Positions 25,870 to 39,021 of a stretch of 64,000 nucleotides of DNA are shown one piece after another. How positions within the stretch are numbered: the stretch's first letter is position 1; every line of letters starts with the position of its first letter. The notes under the pieces were generated by a model. The model was not told where the DNA came from, did not search any database, and saw only the letters and a list, made by a program, of their open reading frames with translations. Source of the DNA: Octopus vulgaris (lineage: Eukaryota). The stretch is from contig OX597820.1 in assembly GCA_951406725.2 (NCBI GenBank), positions 372,001-436,000 on the forward strand, in the 5' to 3' direction. Made by a program: the position numbers and the translations under genes.

Positions 25870-25979
25870 AATGTGAGGTATACTTGCCATCTCAATATGG
25901 CTAAGGGTTAGGGTTAGGGTTACAGTAACGCCCACCCTTAGTGGTTAGCCATATTGAGATGGCAAGTATACCTCACATT
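25870..25979. repeat. Perfect 35-bp inverted repeat enclosing (GGGTTA)3
   Basis: aatgtgaggtatacttgccatctcaatatggctaa / ttagccatattgagatggcaagtatacctcacatt. Confidence 0.9.
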
Positions 25980-26149
25980 TTCTAAAATATTTTTAAAAAA
26001 AGAAAAAAATGGTAGGGTGAGTATCAGGTCTTTTTCGAGTCACATCTCTCTTATGAGAGACAGCCACATTTGGAACGTTTTTAAGAAAGACGGAATGAAC
26101 GTTGTTACATTTTGTTAAACCCAAATGACCACGGGGAGCCCAATTAGGA

Positions 26150-26571
26150 GATGCACACTTCGCGTGTCCGCGCGATAACAAATATGTGCGCTTGCGCATA
26201 CAAATCCACGCATGCGTAAAACTCAGACCGGTTATTTTCAATTTTGAAAATTTTTACCTTTTCGGTGCCTGAACAATAAAATATACAAAAACAAGAGGAA
26301 AAGAAAGAAAAGAAATTACTAATTACATAAAAAAAGTTTGGATAAAAGTTCTTTCACACAAACAATAGTTTAGATTAAATAAAATTAAAAACGTCTTTAA
26401 GGGAGATAATCTTTGTCTCTGCAGATGGCGCTGCTGTAATTGTTGCTAGCTCTGAAGAAAAAATTTCCTTTGTTGCACGCTTTCGTATAAAAATAAGCGG
26501 AGCGAAACCATTGGAAGCGACCGAAATGACATCATTTGCAACATTTTCCGAGTCTGATGAAGTAGGCAAAG
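26150..26571 (+). promoter_or_regulatory. Putative SETDB1 promoter and non-coding first exon
   Basis: Locally CpG-rich unique sequence; NRF1-like TGCGCTTGCGCA (26187), CTCF/YY1-like CTGCAGATGGCGCT (26419), CRE-like TGACATCA (26527), possible donor AAG|gtagtg at 26572. Confidence 0.5.
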
Positions 26572-27232
26572 GTAGTGTAGTATTATTGGCTTCTTTCCCA
26601 CCATAGAATTATATGTAAAATATCGATATATTCTGAATAGTCGAGTAACACGCTTCATTCCGACCTCCCGACGGCAACTTTGACTCGCCCTCCTTATAAA
26701 CCCTGTTTTGTTCTTACATTTCCACGTTTTCCCCTTTTTCCAGCAAATATACCTTTAGAGAATCTGAAATATTGTTTGTATTTGAACTGATTTTTATTTT
26801 TATTTAGCGTAGGTGCAAGAAAACTAAATAATAGTTCCATTCACCCTGGTCAATATTTAACTGCAAATTCTATCTCTCCCTTTCATAAATAGCTTTGTAT
26901 GTTCTGTTTGTGTACATTCCTCGTTAATGTCCGAATGCGATAGAATGGAAGGAGACTTTCTGTATAGTCACGGTGTGTGTAGAGCGTGCTGCCTGATTTC
27001 CTTCACATTACATCCTACGTTCTCAAAAAAGCATACTTCGGATAACAGAGACCGATGTACCTAGGGACGAAGACGCGATAGTCATGGTTGGGATGTCATA
27101 GACCAAGGCTCAATCATCAACGATTGCTTGATCAGAACAACTGACAAACTTTGATTCGATTTACAAAACTAATTATCGGGGCGATATGTTATTCTTGATT
27201 ACAATACATAATAATATCATTTACAGGTTCAA

Positions 27233-27445
27233 AGTGGAGAGCTGGCAGAATCGTTAACACGCCGGACTAAATACTTAGCGTCTTTTCGTTCGTCTTGAAG
27301 TCCTGAGTTCAAATTCCGCCACGGTCGACTTTGTCTTTCATTCTTTTGCGGTCAATAAAATAAGTACCAGTCAAGCACTACTGTCAGTGTCATCGACTTC
27401 GCCCTCCCCCAAATTGCTGGCCTTGTGCTAAAATTCGAAGCCAAT
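27233..27445 (+). mobile_element. tRNA-derived SINE, family 2 (GAGCTGGCAGAATCGTTAG...GTCGACTTTGCCTTTCATCC)
   Basis: Homologous to copies at 23603-23725, 33460-33600, 44753-45380, 59148-59570 and 61125-61580. Confidence 0.8.
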
Positions 27446-27735
27446 ATTAATTACTGGTAAACAGAAAGTTACAGAGGCGGGACATGTGTTTCTTGTATAT
27501 CTTTTGGTAATGTTAAACTTGGTCAATTTTTTTTCTTTTCTTTACACAAAATTCCCTTGAAGTTCGGTGTAAACAGTATTTTGCATGTTCCTCCTTGTTT
27601 TTTTGTTAACGAATGGAATAATTATTTCAATGCCTTTTTTTTTCTATTTATAAATTTTTGAATATTTTTGTAGGAGGAATTGGTTTCAGTGTGCTTCTCT
27701 AAGTGTATTGAATTTCAAGAGCGAAGTTTCGTAAA

Positions 27736-27748
27736 ATGAATATCAAAC
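27736..27748 (+). CDS. SETDB1: SETDB1/eggless putative first coding exon (MNIK + phase-1 C); exon probably starts at 27674
   Basis: tttttgtag acceptor before 27674, ATG at 27736, donor gtaact at 27749. The phase-1 end matches the 35042 acceptor (C+AT = His). Short, so inferred. Confidence 0.5.
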
Positions 27749-29103
27749 GTAACTTCTAATTACCAAAGGGCATTTTTCGATGATTTGCAATATTACTATT
27801 TACAACAGGAAGTACATAACGTCGTTAACGATTGATAGTTTCTATAAATATTGGGTATTTATCGTCCGAAACTCTACGATTATAAATTTTGTAAGGTTCT
27901 TTAAGCTCTGTACGAATTGATGTCGCCCAACATGGTGTGTGTGGTTTGGTGAAGTGGACACTTTGAACAGATGATTCCACAAGTGAGCCCTCCTTCTATG
28001 TGAATGTATTTCATTAGATCAATCTCTGCAGTTTGAAATAAAATAGTGAGCTGTCTAATTTTGTGTTTGACCAGTTTGCATTCAATATGTGCATGCAGAT
28101 GAGATTTAGTCGACTTAGTGGAGGTAGAATGTGAATGTTGTCGCTGATGCTTTCCTGATGATAGAAAGATCTAAGATCCAGAACAAATAAGAGAACATTT
28201 TATTAGGCATAAAGAAAACGCTTTAAATATTTGATATATTAGGATTGTGGCAAAATGGCTGAAGGTAGTCAGCTACTTGTTCTGAAACACGGGTTCAAAC
28301 TCGCTACAGGTTATTTTGTTGCGCTCTGTGTATGAAATAGTTTATCATTCCGTGTTTAATATTACCTAAAGCCATCCACCTGTCAGGAATTTGTATCACT
28401 ATCAACTGGACGGGTTAAATGTGTTGTGAAATGTGAAATTTCTCCTACATGTATATGTGTGTGTGTGTGTGTAGCCTCGGTGCGCATGCGTGGACTCGAG
28501 AGTCAACTGTTAGAGACAACAGGCATGGAAGCTGACTCGAATCACTGACTAAAACTTTTTGGAAGTATTTCTTTGTTTTCTCAACAGTCTATTTAGTCAT
28601 TCCCACGACACTTTTCAGTGAATTCCTGGGATCTTTTGTTTTTGAACGGCATTTTTCAACACAATTTCTAGTTAACTAAACACTTTTAAACTTCGTATAC
28701 TGGTAGAATGTGTTTATAGAACATCATTTTTTCTTGGCTTTATTGCGAAAATTCTATATGTTGTAACATATTTCGTCTTTAATTTTGAGCATTTCGGCAA
28801 TTTTAACCAATCGCTGACCTCTCTTTAGGTAAATAACATTCTGTGCATAATGAATATGTCCCTCGTTTAAGAAATGGATTGGGTTTATTTACATTTGTGA
28901 AGAAAGAAAGATACCCTTCCCCTAACCCTAAATCTAAAATAGATTGAAATGCAATAAATCGATACTAGGGTTATAATTATGGGTGACAATTTCATACGAC
29001 ACCACTACGGAAAATGGGATTTTTTTCTAGCGGTGTCAAATATAAATCCGGTGGTGTTGGAGGGCTTTATATTTTTTCATAGCTCCCATGGTTACCAAGA
29101 TAA

Positions 29104-29499
29104 TCTACTATAATAATACTCTTGGGGTGATGTCAGATTTGGTAGTAGGATGATGAAAATTGTACGCTGAAAAAATAAATCAAACAGCGTTTCAACTCCG
29201 TGAATAAATGTGTGCGTATATAAAAGGTGTGGGTGGGTGTGGGTGCATGCGCAATGGAAGTGGGATGGTTCATCTTTGTTCGCTTAGTATTTGGGTTTAT
29301 ATTTTGATTTGGTTGAATCTTGGTTAGTTTAAAAATTTTTTTTGTTGGTCAGTTATTTTTAGTGTTTTGACAGAAAAAAGTCATTCTAAAATTGTTTTTT
29401 TTAACGTAAGCGTGCCCAAACAAGTTGAATGCTTACACAGAGCAGGTTTTAAAGCCACATTATCCAAACCGACCGGGTGAAACCAGGCTTAGCTGCTAG
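29104..29499 (+). mobile_element. Non-autonomous Helitron
   Basis: A|TCTACTATAATAA start; ccgggtgaaaccagg hairpin; CTAG|T end. Confidence 0.7.
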
Positions 29500-29714
29500 T
29501 TATTAATAAACTATGCAGTTTATTAATAATTTATCTCCTTTTGTTATTGACTATTTAAAAAGAAAATGTGGACTTGGTGGTAAGAACTTTGCTCTCCAGA
29601 TGCTCTACATCTGCGAACCTGTTGCCATGTCCTATGTAACGTCTTTGTAGATTGTATTAAAAAAACTGAAGTAACTTTATGTTAAACTAAAAATAATTTT
29701 GCTTGTTATGTTGA

Positions 29715-30960
29715 GAAGACCCATCAAGCCAAGTAAAATCACAGTTGTAGCAAATACTGGTGTCATGCAAATGGCACCTGTGCTTGTGGCACATAAGAGC
29801 ACCCATTACACTCTCAGAATGGTTGGCATATGGAAGGGCATCCAGTCATAGAAACCATGCCAAATCAGACAGGAGTCTGGTGTAGCCTTCCAGCTTGCCT
29901 GCCCTGGTCAAACTATCCAACCCATGCCAGCATGGACAATGGACGTTAAATGATGATGATCCCTGACTGGCTCCCGTGCTGGTGGCATGTAAAAAGCATT
30001 ATCCGAACGTGATCAATGCCAGGACCACCTGACTGGCTCCCATGCTGGTGGCATGTAAAAAGCACCCACTGTACTCTTGGAGTGGTTGGCATTAGGAAGA
30101 AACATTACCAGATCAGATTGGAGCCCGGTGCAACTGCTGGCTTTCCAGATCTCAGTTAAACCGTCCAACCCATGCCAGCATGGACAACGGACATTAAATG
30201 ATGATGATGTATTGGCAACTCACAAGTAACCTAAATTAGTCTACCAATAGCCTCTAGTCATGTCATGTGACATTTAAGCTGAAGTTATTTTGAAGCAGTA
30301 TCAGCTCCTGAAGAGTGTGAAGTAGGCATAGAAGATGCCCTTATTGCAGTTTCTTTACAACAGAATGCTATCATCGTCATTGTTTAATGTCTACTTTCCG
30401 TGTTGGCATGAGTTGGATGGTTTGACATGAAGCTGCCCAGACTCTAGCTGTCTGCCGATGCATGGTTTCTACAGCTAATGCCAACCACTTCACAGTGTGC
30501 TGGTTGCTTCTTAACCTGCTTTTTAACCTGAAAAGACAAGTCTGTGTGTGGGTGGAAGACAGTGATTTTACTTAGCTTGACGTGTCTTACCAAGGATAGC
30601 AAATCATCACATCTCGTGGCCCCTTTGTCATTTCCTCAGGCTCAGCATCCGAAGATCTTTTCTCACCACTTTTTCCCACATCTTCCTGGGTCTACCCCTT
30701 CCACAGGTACCCTCCACAATTAGAGCTCTCAGCACTTCTTTATGCAGCTGTCCTCATCCATACACATCATATCACTAAACCAGTGCAGTCTCCTCTCTTG
30801 CACACCTGCTTTTATACTTAGTTTTCCTCTTAAATCATTTACTCTCTTGTGCATGCACACTGACTTTACCCAGCCACTGGAGCATGCTGGCTTCATTTCT
30901 TTCAAGCGTTTGCAAGACCTCTGTAGTCAAAGCCAACATTTCACTGCCATATAACATAGA
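29715..30960. mobile_element. Cluster of three RTE-LINE 3' fragments with (ATG)n tails
   Basis: GTGGTTGGC.TTAGGAAGGGCATCCAG and CCAACCCATGCCAGCATGGA motifs; the third copy (- strand) includes degraded RT C-terminus. Confidence 0.8.
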
Positions 30961-31390
30961 TGTATGTATAAAGGCTAATTTTGTAGAAATTTCATTGGAA
31001 AATAATGAGCTCTAATTAGATGATACAATGCAATAAGTACTTGCATCAAAACAGGCTCAGGTGAATGCTAATTGTTTTCATTCCAAATTAACAAACTATT
31101 GGTGCAGGTGTGGCTGTATGCTAAAAAGTTTGTTTCCCAACCATAGAGTATTACTGCGACAATGCTGGGGCACGCACCACCATGAAAAATTTTTAGTCAA
31201 GCAAATTGTCTCCAACACTTTCTTTTTTAACCTGCTACTTTTTTAACCACTAAGTTACAGAGAACTAAACAAACCAACACTGGTTTTCAAGTGGTGTAAT
31301 GGAGGACATTTTTTGATTGACAATGTATTCAATGATTTAATCAGTAAATTAATGACAGATAATGCTTTGGAGATAACTACAATGTTATCT

Positions 31391-31712
31391 ACATTATTTA
31401 CATTTAATGGATATTTGTCCTCATCTTGTTTGTTGTTAACACGTTTCGGCTGATATACTCTCCAGCCTTCATCAGTTGTCTTGGGGAAATTTTGAACCTG
31501 GGTTCTCATTCCTAAGGTATTTTACGATGTTATTCAGGTCACTGCCTGGAATCAAACTCAGAATCTTGGGGTTAGCAGCCTGCGCTCTTAACCACTATGC
31601 CATATGCCCTCGGGCATACGGAGGGTATATCAGCCAAAACATGTTAACAACAAACATGAGGACAAATATCCGTCAAATGTAAATAATTCTTCATCTCTTA
31701 AATATAGAACTA
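31391..31712 (-). mobile_element. Penelope-like terminal repeat with tRNA-like head and hammerhead core, plus inverted partial copy
   Basis: - copy 31391-31609; inverted part 31620-31712; homologous to 32533-33241 and 54387-54800. Confidence 0.75.
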
Positions 31713-32532
31713 TACAATATCTATTTCTTGTGTACACACATTGATGTCTGACTTAGAATTGTCCGGTTTTTCATCAAGTGACTTGGACAAAATTGCTGAA
31801 GAATGGTCAGATACTGAAACTTTAGTGAGCGTTGTTGGCCCAAAATAACCTTTAGGACTTGATGTGAAACCTGTTCAGATTTTTTAAAACTGTTTTCATT
31901 GAATTTTAATTGGTCTGATCACCAATAAAAAATTTTTATGCACAACAGATAGAAGCAGGAAACTTCGCTCCTACATGTATTGAGGAAATTTATGCACACC
32001 TAGGTATATATTCTATCTGATGAAAGTAAACAGTTTACCTGTAAATTTCATGAGGAATGAACTGCAAAAAGATTAAGGGATGGGAAATCATTCATATTTT
32101 TCTTTTTGTTTGTGATCATCTATTTTCACTATTCCCAATGTCCCAACTCATCTTCGCAATCGCCTCTCTCTGTCTTACTCTCCAGCTCACTCTCCTTGGT
32201 TTTCAAACTGGAGTATACACGCATCTGTTCTACTGATATCTGCCCCCTCTATACCTTAAATCTCTCAACTGGTATAAATCCACACTCCCTCAATACTGCT
32301 CCCCACTTGCAGTTGAGGGGTTTTTGTCTTGCAAGGTACTTGGTGACTGTTGATGCCATGCAAAAAGCAGTACATTCTACAAAGTCGTTGGTATTAGGAA
32401 GGGCATCCAGCTGTAGAGACCCTGCCAAAACAGACAATGGAACCTGAGATATCACTCTTGGCCTTGCCAGCTCCTCTTAAACTGTCCAACCCATGCCAGC
32501 ATGAAAAATGGACATTGAATAATAATTATGAT

Positions 32533-33241
32533 ACAGTTCTCTATTTAAGAGATGAGGAATTATGTACATTATTTACATTTGACCTCATCTTATTTGTTAA
32601 CACATTTCAGCTGATATACCCTCCAGCCTTCATCAGGTGTCTTGAAGAAATTTTGAACCTAGGTTCTCATTCCTAAGGTATTTTTAAATGTTATTATTAT
32701 TATTATTCAGGTCACTGCTTGGAATCAAACTCGGAATCTTGGGGTTAGTAACCCACGCTTTTAACCACTATGCCATATGCCTGTGGGCAATTATGGAGTG
32801 AATTTTTATGGCTTATACATCTAATATTTTCCTATCCTTCCTTAATACCAGTTCCCATATGCTGCTCATATCTGCACTCGGTCTGCTTAGGAGGTTGTTG
32901 TGTTCTAGCATATGTGCTGCCTCTTTTAGTTTTTGCATTTTCCAGTGGTGTTCTCTGTCTATTATTTTCACTTCATCCCAAAGGAGGAGGTGGTCTCCAT
33001 TTTTCCATACATGGTCAGCTATATCTGATTTTTCGATATCTCCTCGTGTCACAGCTTTGCGATGTTCCTCTACACTTATTTTGAGAGGGGCGGCATGTTT
33101 CACCTTTGTATAACCTACCACAACTGCATGGGATGGAAATTTCCCCAAGACACCTGATGAAGGCTGGAGGGTATATCAGCCAAAATGTTGTGTTAGCAAC
33201 AAACAAGATGAGGACAAATATCTGTCAAATGTAAATAATGT
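32533..33241 (-). mobile_element. 5'-truncated Penelope-like element: GIY-YIG remnant, terminal repeat and inverted repeat copy
   Basis: SIPCSCGRLYKGET / EEHRKAV..KSDIADHVW..WDEVKIIDRE...KLKEA (32813-33135); repeat 32533-32781; inverted copy 33135-33241. Confidence 0.85.
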
Positions 33242-33681
33242 AATGTTGATGTGTCCATGTCTATTACTAATTGTATTTATTACTAGGATTTTATTACTTT
33301 TCTTTGTGTGTGTGTGTGTTGTTTTAGGTTTGCAATCAGACTGGAGTCTGGTGCAGCCTTCCAGCTTACCAGCTCCAGTCAAACCGCCCATTGTCCATGC
33401 TGGCATGGACAATGGACGTTAAATGATGATGATGAATTGATTGCCACATGTGCCAGCCATTAGTGCTGGCAGAACTTTTAGCCCACTGGACACAATGCTC
33501 CTCAGCAGCATTTCTTTTGACTCCTAAGTTCTGAGTTCCAATTCTACCAAAGTTTCATTTGTCTTTCATCTTTTCAGACCTTGTGCTTACAGTAGAAACG
33601 ATTATTTGCAGCACAAAGAACTGCTGATACTAAAAAAAAAAAAATTATCGTCTATTAAAAGTTAAACTTATCATCATTCAA

Positions 33682-33905
33682 CCATTTCGATACCAACCTG
33701 ACTGAAACCACCTCTGGCTCTGTAGTACAAATGTCTTGTTTTCATAAGTTCTGAATTAAAATCTTCCACCAAACCTAAGTCACAATTTATGTTCCTAACA
33801 CTAGCTGAATGATAATGAAATTATTTTACTAAATTCTTTGTTCTATTTAAAATTAATTGAAAGAAACTCACAGCATTTCAATAAATATGGTAACAAAAGG
33901 AGTTA
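33682..33905. mobile_element. Degenerate piggyBac-type MITE
   Basis: aaccatttcgatacc...ggtaacaaaaggagttaa imperfect TIRs. Confidence 0.4.
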
Positions 33906-34249
33906 ATGGCTGTTTTTCATGCTGGCATGTGTTGGACAGCTTGATGAACTGACAGGGCCAGGGGCCACACTAAGTTCCATAGTCTGTTTGGGCTTGGTTT
34001 CTACAGCTGAATGCCCTTCCTCAACAACTTTTTGGGTGCTCTTTACATGGCACCTCCCCACATCAATGCTTTTTTATGTAGAACCTTGGTTTTGGGATAT
34101 CAGTTCTGTTGTGGTGGGTGGCTCCCCTTGTCTATAGCAATGTGCAGCATATCTCGGTTCTCTGTCATCTCCTTACAAAGGAGATGACAGCATTTTGAGA
34201 ATAGCCTTTACTTTAAAATAATAACTTGATAATTTAACCCCCCTCCCCT

Positions 34250-34515
34250 CCCCGACCGGCTCCTGTGCCGGTAGCACGTAAAAAACACCATCCGAATGTG
34301 GCCGATGCCAGTGCCACCTGACTGGCTCCCATGCCAATAGCACGTAAAAAGCACCAACTACACATGCAGAGTGGTTGGCGTTAGGAAGGGCATCCAGCTG
34401 TAGAAACATTGCCAGATCAGATTGGAACCTGGTGCAACCTCCTGGCTTGCCAGTCTCCAGTCAAACTGTCAACCCATGCTAGCATGGAAAATGGATGTTA
34501 ACGATGATGATGATT
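34250..34515 (+). mobile_element. RTE 3'-tail repeat with (ATG)n tail; similar copies at 32300-32530, 33330-33435, 37890-38130, 39250-39405, 40250-40578, 41870-42080, 53125-53440 and 56670-56810
   Basis: Homology to the 3' UTR of the 46536-51260 LINE. Confidence 0.8.
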
Positions 34516-35041
34516 TTTTTTTATTTTAAGAAAATGCTAGTGTGAAGCTATAAAACTGAATCTAAAAAGGAAGTATATTCTATGTAATAATAAAAAAGAA
34601 ATAACTTTAAAGGTTGCTGGGAATATTCCCAATCCACCTGCAGATGGATTCCACGATATTCATATTAAAGTACAGCCACATTTATCAGTTTCTCATTCCC
34701 TTTTCTTTTTTACAAATCTCAAAAACAATTTCAGTAGTTTCATATTGTGTTCTTGAGGCTGCGTACACTTTGAACAGTTGATGAATCTGAAATGTCAACT
34801 TCCTTGATTGCAATTAACTTGAGACTGCCTCTAGTTTCACGATACAAATTCTTTCATTTTTTATTGTTGATTTTTAAATTAAAATATTTCCTAATAAATT
34901 TAGTTAATTTCAGACACCAGCTTATTAATTAAAAATTTTTATGAAATACCACCAAATATTTTTTCAATTAAAACATGTGATTGTCATTAGACATGTAGTA
35001 TCTGACATAATGCTAATTTATTTTTTCTGTTTTTGTTACAG

Positions 35042-36019
35042 ATCAAGTTGATGAAGAAGAGATGGAAGTTGAGAAAGATGCTGATGCAAATGGTAACAGC
35101 AAATCAGATCAAGATACACAGGAAACATCAAGGGAAGAAAAACCCCCTAAATTATCAGAGAAAAGTGGCAGTGATAGTGTAATTAGTAACATTAAAAAGG
35201 ATGATGACGGAGATGTAACGAGTTCAGAGACTGAAATTGCTGAAAAGAAGGTGACTATTAAAGTGGAAGAAAGAAGTGAAAACACAAGCTCCCATGGGGA
35301 TACTGATATTTGTTCTTCAGCTGACATAACGAAGAAAGCTGATATAAATGGAAAGAAGCAAATGCAAGAAGCTGTGAAGGATTTTGAGGGTAAGAAACGC
35401 AGAGAGAACATTTTGAAGTCAGGGGATGAGATTTGTGAACAAAAGAGACCACGTATTCTTGATGCCCAAAAAGTTGAACATTCAAATACGAGTGACAATG
35501 AAGAAGGGAAGGAGGATATGGCTGCTGCTGCTGAAAGCCCTAAAGCTGATGATACAGAGATGAAGATGGAGGATGTAGAGAAAGGAAGTAATAAAAAAGT
35601 AAAGACCGAGAGTGATGATAATGAAAATTCTATGGAAGTTGATGAACCAAGTGTTGCAGGAATAATAAAAGAAGAGGATGAGAGTGGCTGCAGAGGTTTA
35701 GATCAGAAAATTACTGTGAAACAAGAAGTTAGGAATGTAAAAGAGGAGATTACAGCATCGAAAGAAGAGGTTGGTACAATGAAAGAAGGGAAGAATGGTA
35801 TCAAAGAAGAAATAGATATGAGTAGTTTTAAGAAACAATTAAAAGAGGAAGATGTGAAAGATATAAAGCTTGTGAATGGGATCAAGAAACCAGAAACCAT
35901 CTACAAACTGAGCTTTGATGCTGAAAAATTTATTTCAAATCAAATTTCCAAAATGGATCTTGACCAGACAAATTTGCAAAAACTTAATGGAATGAACTGT
36001 CAAGTGAAAGCCACAGAAA
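35042..36019 (+). CDS. SETDB1: SETDB1 large acidic/lysine-rich N-terminal exon
   Basis: Polypyrimidine tract plus ttacag acceptor; open frame (ORF 35062..); donor A|gtaagt at 36020. Phase-consistent with the next exon. Confidence 0.85.
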
Positions 36020-38227
36020 GTAAGTTGCTTTGTTTTTTTATGTTATATGAGGAATTAGGTTGAGTGTGGTTGCTGAATATATGAGTATTGCTCTTAAAAA
36101 TATCGCATTTCATTGGGTCTGTGGTACAGAGTTAAAGGAATGATTTTTAACTCCTCATAAAGTCTAGTTTCTTCTCTTCATATGTTTATTTCCCAGAATA
36201 AGATGATTTGGTGAGGTTGTTTGGATGCTAGCGATTTGGCATGGCTGACTGTATGTAGAACCTGTTTTGGGAAATGTATCTTTTGGCATTAAAGGCAGAA
36301 ATGCACACATGAATATTTACATACAGTGAGAGAGATGGGGGGAGTGACATAACAATTTATTAAGTGAACACGGGTGACATAAATGTTTTTCCTTTCCTCA
36401 TATACATAAATGGGAAGGGGGAGAGAGAGAAAGACAACATGCAAACATAGCTAGGTGCTTATGCACATAAAAAAGGAGAGAAACATCACAATTTATTCAT
36501 TGAACATGACTCACATAAACACTTTCCTTCTCCTCAGATGCACAAAAAGAAATATGCTGACACACATAAACAGAGAGGGAGAGAAAGTCCAATGTCAAAT
36601 AAGTCAGCATTGAATCAGCAGCACCAAAACATCTCTTCCCCATTATTCCTTGTTATCAACTGCTGGAGGAATGGAGAAATGACATCAATGTTGGCAGGCA
36701 TCAAATATAGTGTCTAGATTTACTAAAAATAACCCAAATTTGTAATTACTAAATTATTTGAGGCTTTCAATCAAGCAGCACTATATTGTTCTGCAATCAT
36801 TTCGTCTTTCTATCAGCTACATCCACTTGAGAATTAGTTATTTTTATTGTATTATAATCTTAGGCCAGGTCAGTTGAAAAGTTCTGTATTCTGACAGTGA
36901 AATTACCTGTGGTAGAACAACCTCATCATTTAAGGTCCATGTTCCTTGTTGGTGTGGGTTGGATGCTTTTACAGAATCTGATGGGCCCAAGGATCGCATT
37001 ATGCTCCAGTGTCTGTTTTGGCATGCTTTCCATGATTGCCAGCCACTTTATAGCTTGTACTGGGTGCATTTTTTTCGTTGTTTGTGCAACTGGTGCTAGT
37101 GAGGTTATTATGCAGCTCACAAGACTATGAAACCTGATGTGAAGGGGCAACTTTATGTTAGGGGATGAGGGTCAAGAGATGAAAAAAAGGAGGTGAGGTA
37201 AAGCAGGTTCTTGTAGAGGAGCTACTTGCATTTAGAAGGGAGAGAATGAATCAGTTGTAGCTGCAAGCAAGTGAATAATAGTGATGATGTGTCCAGGTTG
37301 CCAGCCCTCAAGGTTAAAGATGAGGAGAAGTGGGTGGGGACAAAAAAAAATAAGGAGTATGAGTGTATTTCTCAAACTACCCAATTAAGGACTTTCAGAA
37401 TCTGGGTTGTGGTTTGTGAAATTAGAAAATTAAAAAAATTGAAAATACTGTTAGTAGAATTCGTGGAAAATTTCTGAGGGAATTGCAATGGAACTAGTTG
37501 TACCATGACTCTCAGAATGTCACTGGAAACTCCAAGGACGGCAATATGCCCTACCACAGACCCCCATCTAGCCCTTCTGTCTGGATAGAAAAAAATGCTT
37601 ACTAAAAGAGCATTGATGATGAGTTTTCAATGAAACCAACTGAAAACTGATTGCACTTCCATGTGTTGATTTAGTTCTAAGTACTCAAGCATTCGTTTCA
37701 GATATTTTACTCTTCAGCTTTTAAACTGGCCATATCTTGCCTGAATATTCTACTTGTTTTATGTTCAAAGATGCCAGATCCCATCTCTCACACCAACCCG
37801 ACAATGTCCTTCTAGAAATAAGCTATCATTACTGGGGTTGATCTAATTGTCTAGATCAGGCTTATTTCAACACTGTAGAACCTGCCCATTTAAGAAGACC
37901 TGTTGAGGCAAGTGAAATCGCTGTTGTGGCCGATAACAGTACCACCTGATTGGCACCTGTGCCAGTGGAACATTAAAAGCACCATTTGAGTGTGATTGTT
38001 ACCAGGGCAGCTGACTGGCTCCCATGCTAGTGGCATGTAAAAAGCACCATTTGAGTGTGGCTGATGCCAGTACCGCCTGACTGGCCCATGTGCCAGTGGC
38101 TCATAAGAAGCAGATGTTGAACGATGATAATGCTAGACTTCTTTTTCTGCAGTTAAAGAAAAAAAAAAAGAAAAAATCCTTTTGCTGCGGCATCAGTAAC
38201 ATAGATAATGTTTACTTTTAATTTCAG

Positions 38228-38315
38228 GAAAACAGAGAGAAATTAGCAAAATATTTTCTGATTGTACTAACCTCTTAGCCAAATTCCGTGCTACACTGGA
38301 AGCAACTGAAGCCAT
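38228..38315 (+). CDS. SETDB1: SETDB1 exon (RKQREISKIFSDCTNLLAKFRATLEATEA), helical/coiled-coil-like
   Basis: tttcag acceptor, gtaagt donor, phase 1->2, open frame. Confidence 0.85.
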
Positions 38316-38458
38316 GTAAGTAGTCTCTTTTAATGTGTTTTAGATGATGATAAGTATCTACAATAAAGAGTTGCCGGTACCAAGCAAGTCTTGAAGCTGA
38401 ACATGAAAGTAATTCAGTCTTGTCCCCATTACATATCTTATCTGTATTCAAAGTCTGT

Positions 38459-38743
38459 CAGTGGTTCTCAACTGAGGTCCGCATGACCCCTGGGAGTCCA
38501 TGCTAGCAAAAGAGTACATTGGGGATCAATGGTAGTATTTTAAGTTTTGATTCAAGTGTATGTGTTGCAAGAAACAGGTTTCTTGCTCTGATGTTTTACA
38601 TTGTTGAACCTCTGCAAGTGAATGTGTGAAAACAAAATAAGAATTTTAGAACTAGTTTTTAAACATTGAATGACTTTGGGTTTCCACCAGAATAAAGTAA
38701 TAATCAAAGGGGTCCAGAGATAAAAAATGGTTGAGAACCGCTA
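38459..38743. mobile_element. hAT (Charlie-like) MITE
   Basis: TIRs CAGTGGTTCTCAAC / GTTGAGAACCGCTA; TSD not evident. Confidence 0.65.
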
Positions 38744-39021
38744 GTGTGCACTTGCTGGAAATAGCAACCAAGTCTCTTTCCTTCTTTATTTCCTTTGTCC
38801 CTTTCCTTCTTTTCTTTATTTCTTTCTTTCTAGTTTTGTTTTGTCTCCTTTTTTCTCCTTTTTTTGTTTTCTCTCTTTCTCAACTTTTTATTAGTTTAAG
38901 AAGAAATAAAATAGTTTTTTTTCTTCTTTCTTCTCCCATTGATGATCAAAGAATAATTTTTCCTTTCTCTACTGTTATGAGTTTCTGGTGATTTTGTTTT
39001 CACATCACTTCGTTCTTACAG

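Noticed and set aside
25905-25922. True telomere or large interstitial telomeric array
   Set aside because: Only three units
36020-36063. C-terminal end of ORF 35062..36063 as a single-exon gene
   Set aside because: Read-through into the intron past a strong gtaagt donor; downstream exons continue the frame
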